From: an uncultured Candidatus Saccharibacteria bacterium
Lineage (GTDB): Bacteria > Patescibacteriota > Minisyncoccia > Phycocordibacterales > CSBR16-119
Assembly (NCBI GenBank): GCA_964490365.1
Contig: CAZBAG010000001.1
Span: 56,459-120,458, forward strand
DNA length: 64,000 nucleotides
Direction: 5' to 3'
Shown here piece by piece: positions 35,914 to 45,503 of the stretch. The number at the start of each line of letters is the position of its first letter. Within the stretch, counting starts at the first letter, position 1. The notes under the pieces are model-generated. The model did not search any database. It was not told where the DNA came from and worked only from the letters and a program-made list of their open reading frames with translations. The position numbers were made by a program, and so were the translations under genes.

Positions 35914-37323
35914 ATGAGTGATTCTCAATATAAAGTAACGATTGGGCTCGAAGTCCATGCGGAATTGAAGACGGCTTCAAAGATGTTTTGTGATTGTGTA
36001 AACAATCCAGACGAGGAAAAGCCGAATACCAACATTTGTCCAGTATGTATGGCTCATCCAGGGACTCTGCCGGTCTTGAACAAAAAGGCTATAGAGCACG
36101 TGATAAAAGTCGGACTTGCGATCGGTGCTGATATTGCCAACTTCACTGAATGGGACCGAAAAAACTATTTCTATCCAGATATTCCAAAAGGGTATCAGAT
36201 TTCTCAATACAAATACCCGATCGTTTCCGGCGGTCAGCTTGGCGGAGTAAAGATTACCCGTATTCACTTAGAAGAAGACACGGCAAACAACAAACACACA
36301 GACGAAGCTTCACTTATTGATTTTAATCGGGCTGGTGTGCCTCTCATGGAGCTTGTTACCGAGCCAGTGATTCATTCGGCTGAAGATGCTGGAAAATTTG
36401 GACGTGAACTACAACTGTTACTTCGAACACTTGGTGTGTCAGACGCAAACATGGAAAAAGGAGAAATGCGGGTTGAACTTAACCTGTCTGTTTCTAATAC
36501 AGAAAAATTTGGAACAAAAGTTGAAGTGAAGAATATCAACTCGTTTCGAGCTGTTGAAAAAGCCGCGCGGTTTGAAATAGAACGACATACGAGGCTTCTC
36601 GAAGAGGGAAGAGGAAATGAAATTGTCCAGGAAACTCGTGGTTGGGACGAACATAAAGAAGTAACATTTTCACAACGAACAAAAGAAAACTCAGAAGACT
36701 ATCGATATTTCCCAGAACCAGACTTACCAAAAATGCATTTGCATGAAGTATTTGATTTGGAAAAAATAAAGAGAGAGCTGCCAGAACTTCCATGGCGAAA
36801 GCGTCAGCGATATGAGGCTCTCGGATTAAAATCGGAAGATGTTGAAGTATTTCTCTCTGACTTTGATCTTGCAAATTTCTTTGAAAGTGTGATTGCCGAA
36901 GGGCTCGCAGGAGATACAATTAAAAAGGCGGCTAACTATATATTGTCTGATTTAGTTGGATTACGTTCAGCTCACCCTAATTTTTCATTTCCAAGTGTTA
37001 AAAATTTTGGAAAAATAATAAAAATGCTTGGTTACAACAAGATTAATTCTAGAACAGCAAAAGATTTGATTGCTTTAATTCTTAAAGATGATCAAGATCC
37101 AGAAATATATGCTCATGATCATGGTCTCATTCAAGAATTTGATGAAAATAAACTCAAGGTAATTGCCGAAAAGGTAATTGCTGAAAACTTAAAAGTTGTA
37201 GAAGACTATAAGGCTGGTAATGAAAAATCTATTCAATTTCTTGTTGGTCAATTCATGAAAGAATCAAAAGGAAGTGCGAATCCACAATTAGCGTTACAAA
37301 TATTAAAAGACTTGCTGAATTAG
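35914..37323 (+). CDS. gatB: Asp-tRNA(Asn)/Glu-tRNA(Gln) amidotransferase subunit B
   Basis: YKVTIGLEVHAELKT ... ICPVCMAHPGTLPVLN, with a C-terminal YqeY-like tail. Start set at MSDSQYK. Confidence 0.9.
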   Translation: MSDSQYKVTIGLEVHAELKTASKMFCDCVNNPDEEKPNTNICPVCMAHPGTLPVLNKKAIEHVIKVGLAIGADIANFTEWDRKNYFYPDIPKGYQISQYKYPIVSGGQLGGVKITRIHLEEDTANNKHTDEASLIDFNRAGVPLMELVTEPVIHSAEDAGKFGRELQLLLRTLGVSDANMEKGEMRVELNLSVSNTEKFGTKVEVKNINSFRAVEKAARFEIERHTRLLEEGRGNEIVQETRGWDEHKEVTFSQRTKENSEDYRYFPEPDLPKMHLHEVFDLEKIKRELPELPWRKRQRYEALGLKSEDVEVFLSDFDLANFFESVIAEGLAGDTIKKAANYILSDLVGLRSAHPNFSFPSVKNFGKIIKMLGYNKINSRTAKDLIALILKDDQDPEIYAHDHGLIQEFDENKLKVIAEKVIAENLKVVEDYKAGNEKSIQFLVGQFMKESKGSANPQLALQILKDLLN

Positions 37324-37328
37324 CTAGT

Positions 37329-37904
37329 ATGAAAAAAGTTTACATTGTGCATGGTTGGGATGGGTCTCCGGATGAACCACTGTTTATGTGGCTTGATGCA
37401 AACTTGTCGTTAAAAGGGTATCAAGTAAAAAGACTTCGAATGCCAGATCCAGAAACTCCTATTATTGAACCCTGGCTTGCTACATTACAAAAAGAAGTTG
37501 AGTTAGACGAACACACAATTTTAGTGGGACATAGTGTTGGATGTCAGGCTGTTATGCGATTTTTGGAAGCTCAAAATGAAAGCACTCGCATTGCTGGCAT
37601 GCTTCTTTTGGCTCCATGGATGCATCTTGATCAAACAACAATCGAAGAAGAAGGTGAAGAAGTGATAGAAATTGCACAGCCTTGGATGGAAACTCCAATA
37701 AACTTTGAAAAAGTGAAAAGACTGTCTTCTCAGGTTGTTGCTATTTTTTCTGACAATGATGAATTTGTTCCTGTTTCTGAAGAAACGTTTTTTGCTGAAA
37801 AGCTTGGTGCAAAAACAATAATGGAGCATGAAAAGGGTCACTTTAGTCCGGCAGAAAATATCTCAGAGCTTCCTTCGGCACTCGAAGCTATTTTAAGCTT
37901 TTAA
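37329..37904 (+). CDS. alpha/beta hydrolase, RBBP9/YdeN-like serine hydrolase
   Basis: IVHGW ... GHSVGC nucleophile elbow. About 190 aa. Confidence 0.6.
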   Translation: MKKVYIVHGWDGSPDEPLFMWLDANLSLKGYQVKRLRMPDPETPIIEPWLATLQKEVELDEHTILVGHSVGCQAVMRFLEAQNESTRIAGMLLLAPWMHLDQTTIEEEGEEVIEIAQPWMETPINFEKVKRLSSQVVAIFSDNDEFVPVSEETFFAEKLGAKTIMEHEKGHFSPAENISELPSALEAILSF

Positions 37905-37917
37905 TCTAACATTCTCC

Positions 37918-37943
37918 ACAGCCCCTTCGGGGGCTTTTCTGTT
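37918..37943 (+). terminator. intrinsic terminator (AGCCCC-ttcg-GGGGCT, then TTTTCTGTT)
   Basis: 6-bp GC stem, UUCG loop and a T-run. Confidence 0.7.
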
Positions 37944-37954
37944 AAAATAGAGCT

Positions 37955-38413
37955 ATGAGTCCGGAAGAAAAATCCGTTCAATATTCTGATTTACACGCAA
38001 ATGAACGCTTGCTTGAAATTCAAGCAGAAATTGTTTCCATTGAAAAAAGACTTATTCACGACCAAGCCAATCTTTCAGATGAAGACAGTAATGAGCTTCG
38101 GGCAAGGATAAAATTTCTTGTATCTGAAGAAAAACTAATTCTTGGTCAGCGTGATAGGGAAGAATCACATAGTAAAACGATAGAAGTATCCGATACTCAG
38201 AATCAAACGAAATCCGAGCTCAAACAAATGATAAATTCAGAAATTGCCGAGAATAAGAAAATCGAAGGAGAGCTCCAGCAGATTATTCAGGCAACAAAAG
38301 ACAGAATGTGGTACGAAAAATGGTGGGGGAAATTGATCATCATTGTTGTGGGAGCGGTTCTGGTGAGTTTAATGGGTAGTGAGACAATAAATATTAGTGA
38401 ACTTGTAGGTTAA
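37955..38413 (+). CDS. hypothetical coiled-coil protein with a C-terminal TM anchor
   Basis: ORF, not assigned to a family. Confidence 0.45.
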   Translation: MSPEEKSVQYSDLHANERLLEIQAEIVSIEKRLIHDQANLSDEDSNELRARIKFLVSEEKLILGQRDREESHSKTIEVSDTQNQTKSELKQMINSEIAENKKIEGELQQIIQATKDRMWYEKWWGKLIIIVVGAVLVSLMGSETINISELVG

Positions 38414-38420
38414 TAATGGT

Positions 38421-39452
38421 ATGGATAAAAAAATTAATGTAGCTATAAATGGTTTTGGAAGAATTGGTCGAGCTTTTGTTCGGGTTGCTCTTACTAGACC
38501 AGAACTTAACATTGTCGCAGTGAATGATTTGGGTGACATAGAAAATCTCGCATACCTTTTTAAATATGATACCGCGTACGGTATCTCTCCTTTTGACGTG
38601 CGAGCAGAAAATGGGAATTTAGTTATTGATGGTAAAACTATTAAATATTTCTCAAACACCAAACCAGAGGAGCTTCCCTGGAAAGATTTACAAGTTGATG
38701 TTGTTGTAGAGTCAACAGGATTTTTTACAAGTTTTGATAAGGCAAAAGCACACGTAGATGCTGGAGCAAAACGCGTTGTTATTTCAGCGCCGGCAAAAGG
38801 TGACCCTGTGGCGGGTATTGAAAGTGCAACGGTACTCATGGGTATTAATGATGAAAAGTTGGCAACGTGTCAGATAACTTCAAATGCATCATGCACCACA
38901 AACTCAGCAAGTCCTGTTATTGCTATTCTTGATGAAAAACTTGGTATTGAAAAAGCTATTTTAAACACCGTGCACGCATACACTGCTTCGCAATCTATTG
39001 TAGATGGTCCAAACAAGAAAGATTGGCGAGAGGGTCGTGCAGCAGCTCAAAATATTGTGCCAAGCTCTACCGGCGCGGCCATTGCGGTGACAAAAGCCCT
39101 GCCACAACTCTCTGGTAAATTCGACGGTGTTTCGATGCGTGTACCCGTTGTTGCTGGCTCAATTGCCGACATTACCTTTATCTCAAAACGACCAACAACG
39201 GTAGAAGAAGTAAACATGATTTTAGAACAAGCTGCCGATGATCCGCGTTGGGAAGGTATTTTTACGGCTACACGTGAACAAATCGTTTCCTCAGACATTA
39301 TTGGGGCAAAATTTGCTTCTATAGCCGATTTACTCATGACACGTGTTGTTGATGGCAATCTTGTCAAAGTTTTGGCTTGGTATGATAATGAGATGGGGTA
39401 TACCCACACCTTAGTACGACATGTTCTAAAGTTGGGTCAAAATATTACATAA
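38421..39452 (+). CDS. gap: type I glyceraldehyde-3-phosphate dehydrogenase
   Basis: NGFGRIGR NAD-binding motif, ASCTTN catalytic Cys, WYDNEMGY C-terminal motif. Confidence 0.95.
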   Translation: MDKKINVAINGFGRIGRAFVRVALTRPELNIVAVNDLGDIENLAYLFKYDTAYGISPFDVRAENGNLVIDGKTIKYFSNTKPEELPWKDLQVDVVVESTGFFTSFDKAKAHVDAGAKRVVISAPAKGDPVAGIESATVLMGINDEKLATCQITSNASCTTNSASPVIAILDEKLGIEKAILNTVHAYTASQSIVDGPNKKDWREGRAAAQNIVPSSTGAAIAVTKALPQLSGKFDGVSMRVPVVAGSIADITFISKRPTTVEEVNMILEQAADDPRWEGIFTATREQIVSSDIIGAKFASIADLLMTRVVDGNLVKVLAWYDNEMGYTHTLVRHVLKLGQNIT

Positions 39453-39453
39453 T

Positions 39454-39570
39454 ATGTTTACCGTTCTTTTTGTCATTTTGAAACTTCTAGGATACATCAG
39501 TTTTTCCTGGTGGTGGATTCTGGCAACGCTGATACTCGACAGATTAATTTTAAGTCCAAGAAAGAAATAG
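39454..39570 (+). CDS. 38-aa hydrophobic micro-protein (MFTVLFVILKLLGYISFSWWWILATLILDRLILSPRKK)
   Basis: Hand-translated. It starts 2 nt after the gap stop. Under the ORF-track cutoff. Confidence 0.35.
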   Translation: MFTVLFVILKLLGYISFSWWWILATLILDRLILSPRKK

Positions 39571-39573
39571 CTT

Positions 39574-39705
39574 ATGATACAAGGTGCTCCAAAAAATGAA
39601 AAAGATGAACGAGGATATATCAATCATCACGGTGATTTGACCGAAGATGAGATTTTAGAAGCGGTTAAAAAAAGGCGCGAAAAGAAAAAGGGCGGAAAGA
39701 ATTAA
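39574..39705 (+). CDS. 43-aa charged micro-protein (MIQGAPKNEKDERGYINHHGDLTEDEILEAVKKRREKKKGGKN), SHOCT-like tail?
   Basis: Hand-translated. It starts 4 nt after the previous micro-ORF. Confidence 0.3.
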   Translation: MIQGAPKNEKDERGYINHHGDLTEDEILEAVKKRREKKKGGKN

Positions 39706-39726
39706 TAATTTTTTATATATACGCTT

Positions 39727-40167
39727 ATGTTTGAGAAATGGTTTGGAGGAAAAAATAAAGTAGAAGGAATTAATTCTGATAAAAATTCATTAGAGGATGT
39801 TGCTCATTTCGATGGAACAAAAACAGAAAAAGATTTATTACAAGATGATCACTATTCACAAGATGCATTTGATGTATCTGAAACCAGACAAAAGAAGAAG
39901 GATTTAATGGAAAAAGAAAACGTAAGGTCTTCAACAAATTGGAAAGAACTAAGTACAAAAGTTCAAAATGAAAGAAATAAACCAAAATTGGGAGACAAAA
40001 GATCTGGACTACAAAGAGGTGAATCTTTAGCTGAAGAAGAAAAATCAGGGCAAGAAATATCTGATGAAAATTTAGAAGCTCTGATGGAACATGAAGAAGA
40101 TGCCAAATTTGGAAGAGATCATTATTATCCAGAAGAGTATGAAGAAGATGATAGGAAGGCAGCATAA
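39727..40167 (+). CDS. hypothetical highly charged, low-complexity protein (146 aa)
   Basis: ORF with an Asp/Glu/Lys-rich composition, predicted disordered. Confidence 0.4.
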   Translation: MFEKWFGGKNKVEGINSDKNSLEDVAHFDGTKTEKDLLQDDHYSQDAFDVSETRQKKKDLMEKENVRSSTNWKELSTKVQNERNKPKLGDKRSGLQRGESLAEEEKSGQEISDENLEALMEHEEDAKFGRDHYYPEEYEEDDRKAA

Positions 40168-40201
40168 TCTAAAGATTACTACTAATCATACTTACTAATT
40201 C

Positions 40202-40657
40202 ATGAAAATATTTATCGGAACAGATCATGCCGGGTTTACCATGAAAGAAGAGCTCAAAAAATATGTGCGTGATTTGGGTCATGAAGTTATAGACCAAGGC
40301 GCCCACGAGTTTAATCCGACTGACGACTATCCTGACTTTGTTTCGCTTGTTGCTGAAGGGGTGGTGGCTACCCCTCCAGAAAGTGCGGATGAAGTAAGGG
40401 GTATTGTGCTGGGCGGCACGGGCACAGGAGAAGCTATAGAAGCAAATAGACTTTTGGGTATACGAACTGCTGTGTACTATGGTGGTCCACAAGAAATAGT
40501 AACCCTTGCACGTGAACACAATGATGCAAATATACTTTCTCTAGGAGCTAGGTTTATGAGCTTGAAAGAAGCAGAAGAGGCGATAAAAATTTTTCTAGAA
40601 ACCCCATTTTCCGGAGACGAGAGACATATTAGAAGGATTGTTAAGCTAGATAATTAA
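40202..40657 (+). CDS. rpiB: ribose-5-phosphate isomerase B (RpiB/LacAB family)
   Basis: MKIFIGTDHAGF ... GIVLGGTGTGEAIEANRLLGIRTAV. Confidence 0.85.
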   Translation: MKIFIGTDHAGFTMKEELKKYVRDLGHEVIDQGAHEFNPTDDYPDFVSLVAEGVVATPPESADEVRGIVLGGTGTGEAIEANRLLGIRTAVYYGGPQEIVTLAREHNDANILSLGARFMSLKEAEEAIKIFLETPFSGDERHIRRIVKLDN

Positions 40658-40678
40658 TAATTAAGATTTATATATTAT

Positions 40679-41053
40679 ATGGGATTTGAAAATTTTGAAG
40701 GGACAGAACAAATAAAAGATTTTAATAAAGAGGCCCGTGAGCAAATAGTAGAAGCTTATTTAGAGTTTCAAAGTTTTTATAATGAAATATTAGAAAGATC
40801 TACTAGAAACCCCGGCCTATCAATTGAACCCCATAATGCTTGGCAAATTATAGATCGTCTGGCTTCTGAGTTATGGCAAGTTCAAAGAACCCTCGATACA
40901 TATCCAGAAGAGATTCCAAATCAAGAAGTACAAAATCTGTTAGCTGTTACTCAACGTGTAATGAATAAGGCGCAAGGTTTTTATCATGGAGAATATAATC
41001 TTCTTGATAAAAATGGTAATTGGCTTGAAAATCTAGAACACCTTAAAAAATAA
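40679..41053 (+). CDS. hypothetical protein (124 aa)
   Basis: ORF between rpiB and fba. Confidence 0.45.
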   Translation: MGFENFEGTEQIKDFNKEAREQIVEAYLEFQSFYNEILERSTRNPGLSIEPHNAWQIIDRLASELWQVQRTLDTYPEEIPNQEVQNLLAVTQRVMNKAQGFYHGEYNLLDKNGNWLENLEHLKK

Positions 41054-41069
41054 AAAATTATTTATTCAA

Positions 41070-42077
41070 ATGGATCATATTGAAATTGAAAAACTCAAAA
41101 ATACCGTAGCGCTCATGATGCAAGACGGAAGGGGTATTCTTGCAGCGGATGAAAGTAATACAACCTGCAATAAAAGATTTCAAACGTTAGGTATTCCAGA
41201 AACTGAAGAAGAGCGACGACGATGGCGTGAACTTCTTTTGTGTGCGCCGCTTATGGAAAAATTTGTGAGCGGGGTTATTTTATTTGACGAGACAATTCGT
41301 CAATCTGATTCACAAGGAAAAAAATTTACAGAAGTTTTAAAAGAAAAAGGCGTTCTTGTTGGGATTAAAGTAGATGAGGGTCTCCAAGAATTTATTGATC
41401 ATCCCGGAGAGCATCTCACTCATGGATTAAACGGTCTTCCTGCAAGACTTCAAGAGTACAAATCTCTTGGTGCAACGTTTGCAAAATGGCGAGCTGCGTA
41501 TGCTATTTCGGAAAGAACTCCAAGTGATGACGCTATACGTGAAAACTCAGAGATTCTTGCGAGATATGCTGTGGCGTGCCAAGAGCACGATATTGTCCCT
41601 ATGGTTGAGCCAGAGGTGTTGCTTGATGGAGGTCATTCTCTTGAAACATCAAAAGATGTTACAAAAAAAGTTTTGAAAGGCTTGTTCGAAGCGCTTGAAA
41701 AGTACCATGTTCACTTGGAAGGGTTAATTCTAAAAACAAGTATGGTCTTGTCGGGAAAAGAAAATCAAAACAGAGCTGATGCACAAGCTGTGGGAGAAGC
41801 AACCGTAGAAGTTCTTAAAGAATGTGTACCAGCGGAGGTTGCCGGGGTGGTGTTCCTTTCTGGGGGGCAAACTCCTGACGAGGCAACGGCAAACTTTAAC
41901 GCTATTGCAAAGCACGAACCGTTACCTTGGCCACTTGCTTTTTCTTTCTCACGAGCAATTCAAAATGATGCTTTGGCAACATGGGCTGGAAAAATATCAA
42001 ACGTTGACCTTGCTCGCGCTGCGTATCTAGAACGACTAAAGTCAAACTCAAAAGCTGATCAAGGATTACTAAATTAA
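41070..42077 (+). CDS. fba: class I fructose-bisphosphate aldolase
   Basis: GILAADES N-terminal motif and a Schiff-base Lys region (LEGLILKTSMV). Confidence 0.9.
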   Translation: MDHIEIEKLKNTVALMMQDGRGILAADESNTTCNKRFQTLGIPETEEERRRWRELLLCAPLMEKFVSGVILFDETIRQSDSQGKKFTEVLKEKGVLVGIKVDEGLQEFIDHPGEHLTHGLNGLPARLQEYKSLGATFAKWRAAYAISERTPSDDAIRENSEILARYAVACQEHDIVPMVEPEVLLDGGHSLETSKDVTKKVLKGLFEALEKYHVHLEGLILKTSMVLSGKENQNRADAQAVGEATVEVLKECVPAEVAGVVFLSGGQTPDEATANFNAIAKHEPLPWPLAFSFSRAIQNDALATWAGKISNVDLARAAYLERLKSNSKADQGLLN

Positions 42078-42078
42078 A

Positions 42079-42112
42079 AAATAGGCGTTTAATAATTAAA
42101 AACGCCTATTTG
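42079..42112. terminator. bidirectional AT-rich terminator (ATAGGCGTTT-loop-AAACGCCTAT)
   Basis: Perfect 10-bp stem between convergent genes. Confidence 0.65.
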
Positions 42113-42123
42113 ATTCTTTGATA

Positions 42124-42342
42124 TCACAACTTCTTCAAGATAGTCCCACAGTCAGAACATTCTTCATTTATCCAGTAGTCATCGGCATAGAAGCCACGTC
42201 TGACAGTTTTGGTATTGGTATGCGGACATCTTTGCCTAAGAGCTTTAAGTTCAATCACTAATTCTTCGAATTTCGCATCTAATATCTTTTTACGCCCCCG
42301 AACTTCTTCTACGTTGAGAGGTGACTCTTTATTTTCTGGCAT
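42124..42342 (-). CDS. small Cys-containing protein, possible zinc-ribbon (72 aa)
   Basis: RCPHT ... CSDCG spacing. Confidence 0.4.
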   Translation of the reverse strand: MPENKESPLNVEEVRGRKKILDAKFEELVIELKALRQRCPHTNTKTVRRGFYADDYWINEECSDCGTILKKL

Positions 42343-42446
42343 GTTACTTTGCTTTGGTATACCTTATATCACATAGTCATCAAAAAGCCTAAATCCATGT
42401 CTCGGGTTAAATAAAATAGATTTTATAAATATGTTAAAATGAAATA

Positions 42447-43127
42447 ATGACAGAAATAATACCAGCGATAATGCCAAAAGGTTTAGGGGATTTAGAGGCA
42501 AAAGCTTCTTTGGTATATAAACACGTAAAAACCATTCAACTTGACCTCATGGACGGAGAGTATGTTGAAGCAAAAACATGGCCATTCTTTCTTAAAAATG
42601 CAGAGGATATGGATGGAATTTTGAACGGCAAAGTATTGCCGTTTGCAGAAAGTGTCGACTATGAGCTCGACCTCATGGTGTTGTCTCCTGAACGAGATTT
42701 AAAAAAATATATTGCCATGAGACCGCGCAGGATTATTTTTCATGCACGTTCAATCGAGAATCATGCGTCATTCCTGGAGACACTCAAAAGTTTCGACAAA
42801 GGTGATGAAATAGAATTTGGTGTCGCGATCAGTGCGACAGAAAATTTAGAGTATGCAGATTTTCTTGTAAAAAATTTCAACTTTGTTCAGATTATGGGTA
42901 TTGAAGAAATTGGCAAGCAAGGTGAACTATTTGATGATCGTGTTTTTACACAGATTAAAAGTCTTAAAGAGAAATATCCGGGTGTTATAATCAGTATAGA
43001 CGGAGGGGTGAATCTAGAAAATGCGAAACGACTAAAAGAAGCCGGTGTCGATAGACTTGTATCTGGTTCAACTATTTTTCAAAGTGAAGATAAACAAGAA
43101 ACAATAGCCCAATTAAAAAATGGATAA
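42447..43127 (+). CDS. ribulose-phosphate 3-epimerase-like TIM-barrel protein (Rpe family, non-canonical metal ligands)
   Basis: Alignable to Rpe: IIPAIMPKGLGDL ... LDLMDGEYV ... LDLMV ... IIFHARS ... IDGGVN ... SGSTIF. The two His ligands appear replaced by Gln and Asp. Confidence 0.6.
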   Translation: MTEIIPAIMPKGLGDLEAKASLVYKHVKTIQLDLMDGEYVEAKTWPFFLKNAEDMDGILNGKVLPFAESVDYELDLMVLSPERDLKKYIAMRPRRIIFHARSIENHASFLETLKSFDKGDEIEFGVAISATENLEYADFLVKNFNFVQIMGIEEIGKQGELFDDRVFTQIKSLKEKYPGVIISIDGGVNLENAKRLKEAGVDRLVSGSTIFQSEDKQETIAQLKNG

Positions 43128-43980
43128 TCTATCAGCGCAAAAAGAAAAAGAACTCATGCTCAAGGCGAATGATATACGCCAAAGTATTATTGATATGCTT
43201 GAAGACGCTGGTTCGGGGCACACCGCAGGTCCGCTCGGCATGACAGATATTTTTACTGCTTTCTATTTTCATATTTTAAACCACGATCCAAAACATCCAG
43301 AATGGAGCGAGCGAGATAGGCTTATTCTCTCTAATGGTCACATTGTTCCTGTGCGTTACGCCACTATGGCTCACGCCGGCTATTTGCCTTTGTCAGAGCT
43401 CAAGACACTTCGAAAGTTTGGCTCAAGGCTCCAAGGTCACCCAGAACGTGAAAAACTCCCTGGAATGGAAAACACCTCAGGTCCACTTGGTTCAGGGCTT
43501 TCACAAGCCGCTGGAATAGCTCTATCTGCGCGTATGGACGGCAAAAAGTTCAAAACCTATTGCTTTATGTCTGATGGCGAAATGGACGCTGGAAATATTT
43601 GGGAAGCGGCCATGTTTGCAAGTGCTCACAAACTCTCAAATCTTATTGGTCTGATCGACCGTAACAATATTCAAATTAATGGCATGACAGAACAAGTTAT
43701 GCCGCTTGAACCACTCGCTGATAAATGGCGAGCGTTTGGCTGGAACGTTATTGATATAGACGGACACAACATTGAGGCAATTGTTGACGCAGTCTCAGAA
43801 GCTCATGCTGTTTTTGAGAAACCAACGGTAATCATCGCGCACACTATTCCAGGTAAAGGAATCAAAGAGATTGAGTTTGACTACGAATGGCATGGAAAAC
43901 CGCCAACAAAAGAAGAAGAACAAAAGTTTTTAAAAGAGTTACGAACGCTGCGAGGACAAATTGAAGCAGGGCATAGTTAG
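43120..43980 (+). CDS. transketolase, N-terminal (TPP-binding) subunit of a split enzyme
   Basis: GSGHTAGPLGMTD ... GDGEMDAGNIWEAAMFA ... IGLIDRNNIQI. Confidence 0.9.
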   Translation: MDNLSAQKEKELMLKANDIRQSIIDMLEDAGSGHTAGPLGMTDIFTAFYFHILNHDPKHPEWSERDRLILSNGHIVPVRYATMAHAGYLPLSELKTLRKFGSRLQGHPEREKLPGMENTSGPLGSGLSQAAGIALSARMDGKKFKTYCFMSDGEMDAGNIWEAAMFASAHKLSNLIGLIDRNNIQINGMTEQVMPLEPLADKWRAFGWNVIDIDGHNIEAIVDAVSEAHAVFEKPTVIIAHTIPGKGIKEIEFDYEWHGKPPTKEEEQKFLKELRTLRGQIEAGHS

Positions 43981-44056
43981 TAAAAATTATTAAAAGTTTT
44001 TATTTTTATAGTATGGAAACTAGTAAAAAAAGAATACTTGGTGGTATAGATTACTT

Positions 44057-44467
44057 ATGGTACTTCATGTAATACTAATATTCGTAGGAGTATCTATCTC
44101 ATTTAGTATGGGCTTACTAGATAATATGCCAGAAATAGTTACTTACAGTAAGGTAGACTATTCTAAATCTTATATAGTATGTAATGAAAATAATAAAATT
44201 TACTATTTTGATAAAACAGGCCTTGATATTAGTGAAAATTATTTAGACGTTAGTAGTTTCATAAAAGCCAAGAACATTTGTGGGAAGGGTTCTGATAGTT
44301 TTGAGACCTACATTTCTAGATACGATGAAAAAATAGGCTCGTGGTTAGATGCAGTTTTATATACTTTGCTAGGTTTACTTATAACATTCTCAATAAGTTA
44401 TTTACTTAAGTCGACCTTTAATTTTATTGTATTTAATGAAAAATTTAAATTACCATTTAAAAAGTAA
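44057..44467 (+). CDS. hypothetical membrane protein (136 aa) inserted between the transketolase halves; very AT-rich
   Basis: TM helices at both ends. Asn/Tyr/Lys-rich codon usage. Confidence 0.45.
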   Translation: MVLHVILIFVGVSISFSMGLLDNMPEIVTYSKVDYSKSYIVCNENNKIYYFDKTGLDISENYLDVSSFIKAKNICGKGSDSFETYISRYDEKIGSWLDAVLYTLLGLLITFSISYLLKSTFNFIVFNEKFKLPFKK

Positions 44468-44468
44468 A

Positions 44469-45470
44469 ATGTTAAACGAAAATTCAAAACTTAATAATCA
44501 TGTTTTTGATACTGAGAAACTTGAGCAGGTACCAACTCGAGATGGCTTTGGTCATGGTTTGGTTGAGGCGGGAGAACTTGATCCAAAGGTCGTCGCCCTG
44601 TGCGCAGACTTAGCCGAGTCTACTCGAGCGCATTGGTTTAAAGAAAAATTCCCAGAACGGTATGTTGAACTCGGCGTGGCAGAACAAAATCTTGCAGCTG
44701 TTGCGTCTGGCATGGCTAACTATGGGAAAATTCCATTCATTATGTCGTACGCAGCATTTTCACCAGGAAGAAACAATGAACAGATCAGAACAACTATTTC
44801 TCTAAATAACGTGCCTGTGAAGGTTGTGGGTTGTCACGCGGGTATTTCCGTTGGTCCAGATGGTGCAACACACCAAGCACTTGAAGATATTGCTCTCATG
44901 CGTACACAACCAAATATGACCGTCATTGTTCCTGCAGATTCTGAAGAAGCGAGAAAAGCTACTCTTGCTGTGGCAAAAAATGGTAAGCCAACATATCTTC
45001 GTTTGGGTCGGGACAAGTCGCCAGTCTTCACGACAAAGGAAACACCGTTTCAAATTGGAAAAGCTCAAATTTTGTTTAAATCAAAAAATCCAATCGTCGT
45101 GATTGTTGCTTGTGGAACACTCGTTCACAATGCATTGCTTGCCGCACATGATCTTGAGAAAGAAGGACTAGGAACCGCTGTTATAAATCTTGCAACGATA
45201 AAACCTTTTGATACAAGTATTTTGCCATTTATAAAAGAAGTAGGTGCGTTAGTTACCGCAGAAGAACATCAAATACGAGGTGGTATGGGAAGTGCCGTGG
45301 CAGAAGAGATGGCGAAATATTTTCCAGTACCACAAGAGTTCATTGGTGTTGATGACAGGTTTGGGCAGTCTGGTAATACGAAAGAGCTCATGGCTGAATA
45401 TGGTATGGATGTTGCGCACATTAAGCTTGCCGTGAAAAAAGTTTTCAAAAGAAAAAATGGAGGTATGTAG
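44469..45470 (+). CDS. transketolase, C-terminal (pyrimidine-binding) subunit
   Basis: Start set at MLNENSK. Conserved LGVAEQNL ... MSYAAF ... VGPDGATHQALEDIALMRTQPNMTV motifs. Confidence 0.9.
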   Translation: MLNENSKLNNHVFDTEKLEQVPTRDGFGHGLVEAGELDPKVVALCADLAESTRAHWFKEKFPERYVELGVAEQNLAAVASGMANYGKIPFIMSYAAFSPGRNNEQIRTTISLNNVPVKVVGCHAGISVGPDGATHQALEDIALMRTQPNMTVIVPADSEEARKATLAVAKNGKPTYLRLGRDKSPVFTTKETPFQIGKAQILFKSKNPIVVIVACGTLVHNALLAAHDLEKEGLGTAVINLATIKPFDTSILPFIKEVGALVTAEEHQIRGGMGSAVAEEMAKYFPVPQEFIGVDDRFGQSGNTKELMAEYGMDVAHIKLAVKKVFKRKNGGM

Positions 45471-45475
45471 AAACT

Positions 45476-45503
45476 AAAACCCACAAATGTGGGTTTTAGT
45501 TTT
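45476..45503. terminator. bidirectional terminator (AAACCCAC-aaat-GTGGGTTT)
   Basis: 8-bp stem between convergent genes. Confidence 0.7.

Noticed and set aside
43334-43519. Short internal ORFs within transketolase, ATP synthase and other conserved genes
   Set aside because: Same-locus alternative frames without support. The conserved-frame product explains the sequence.
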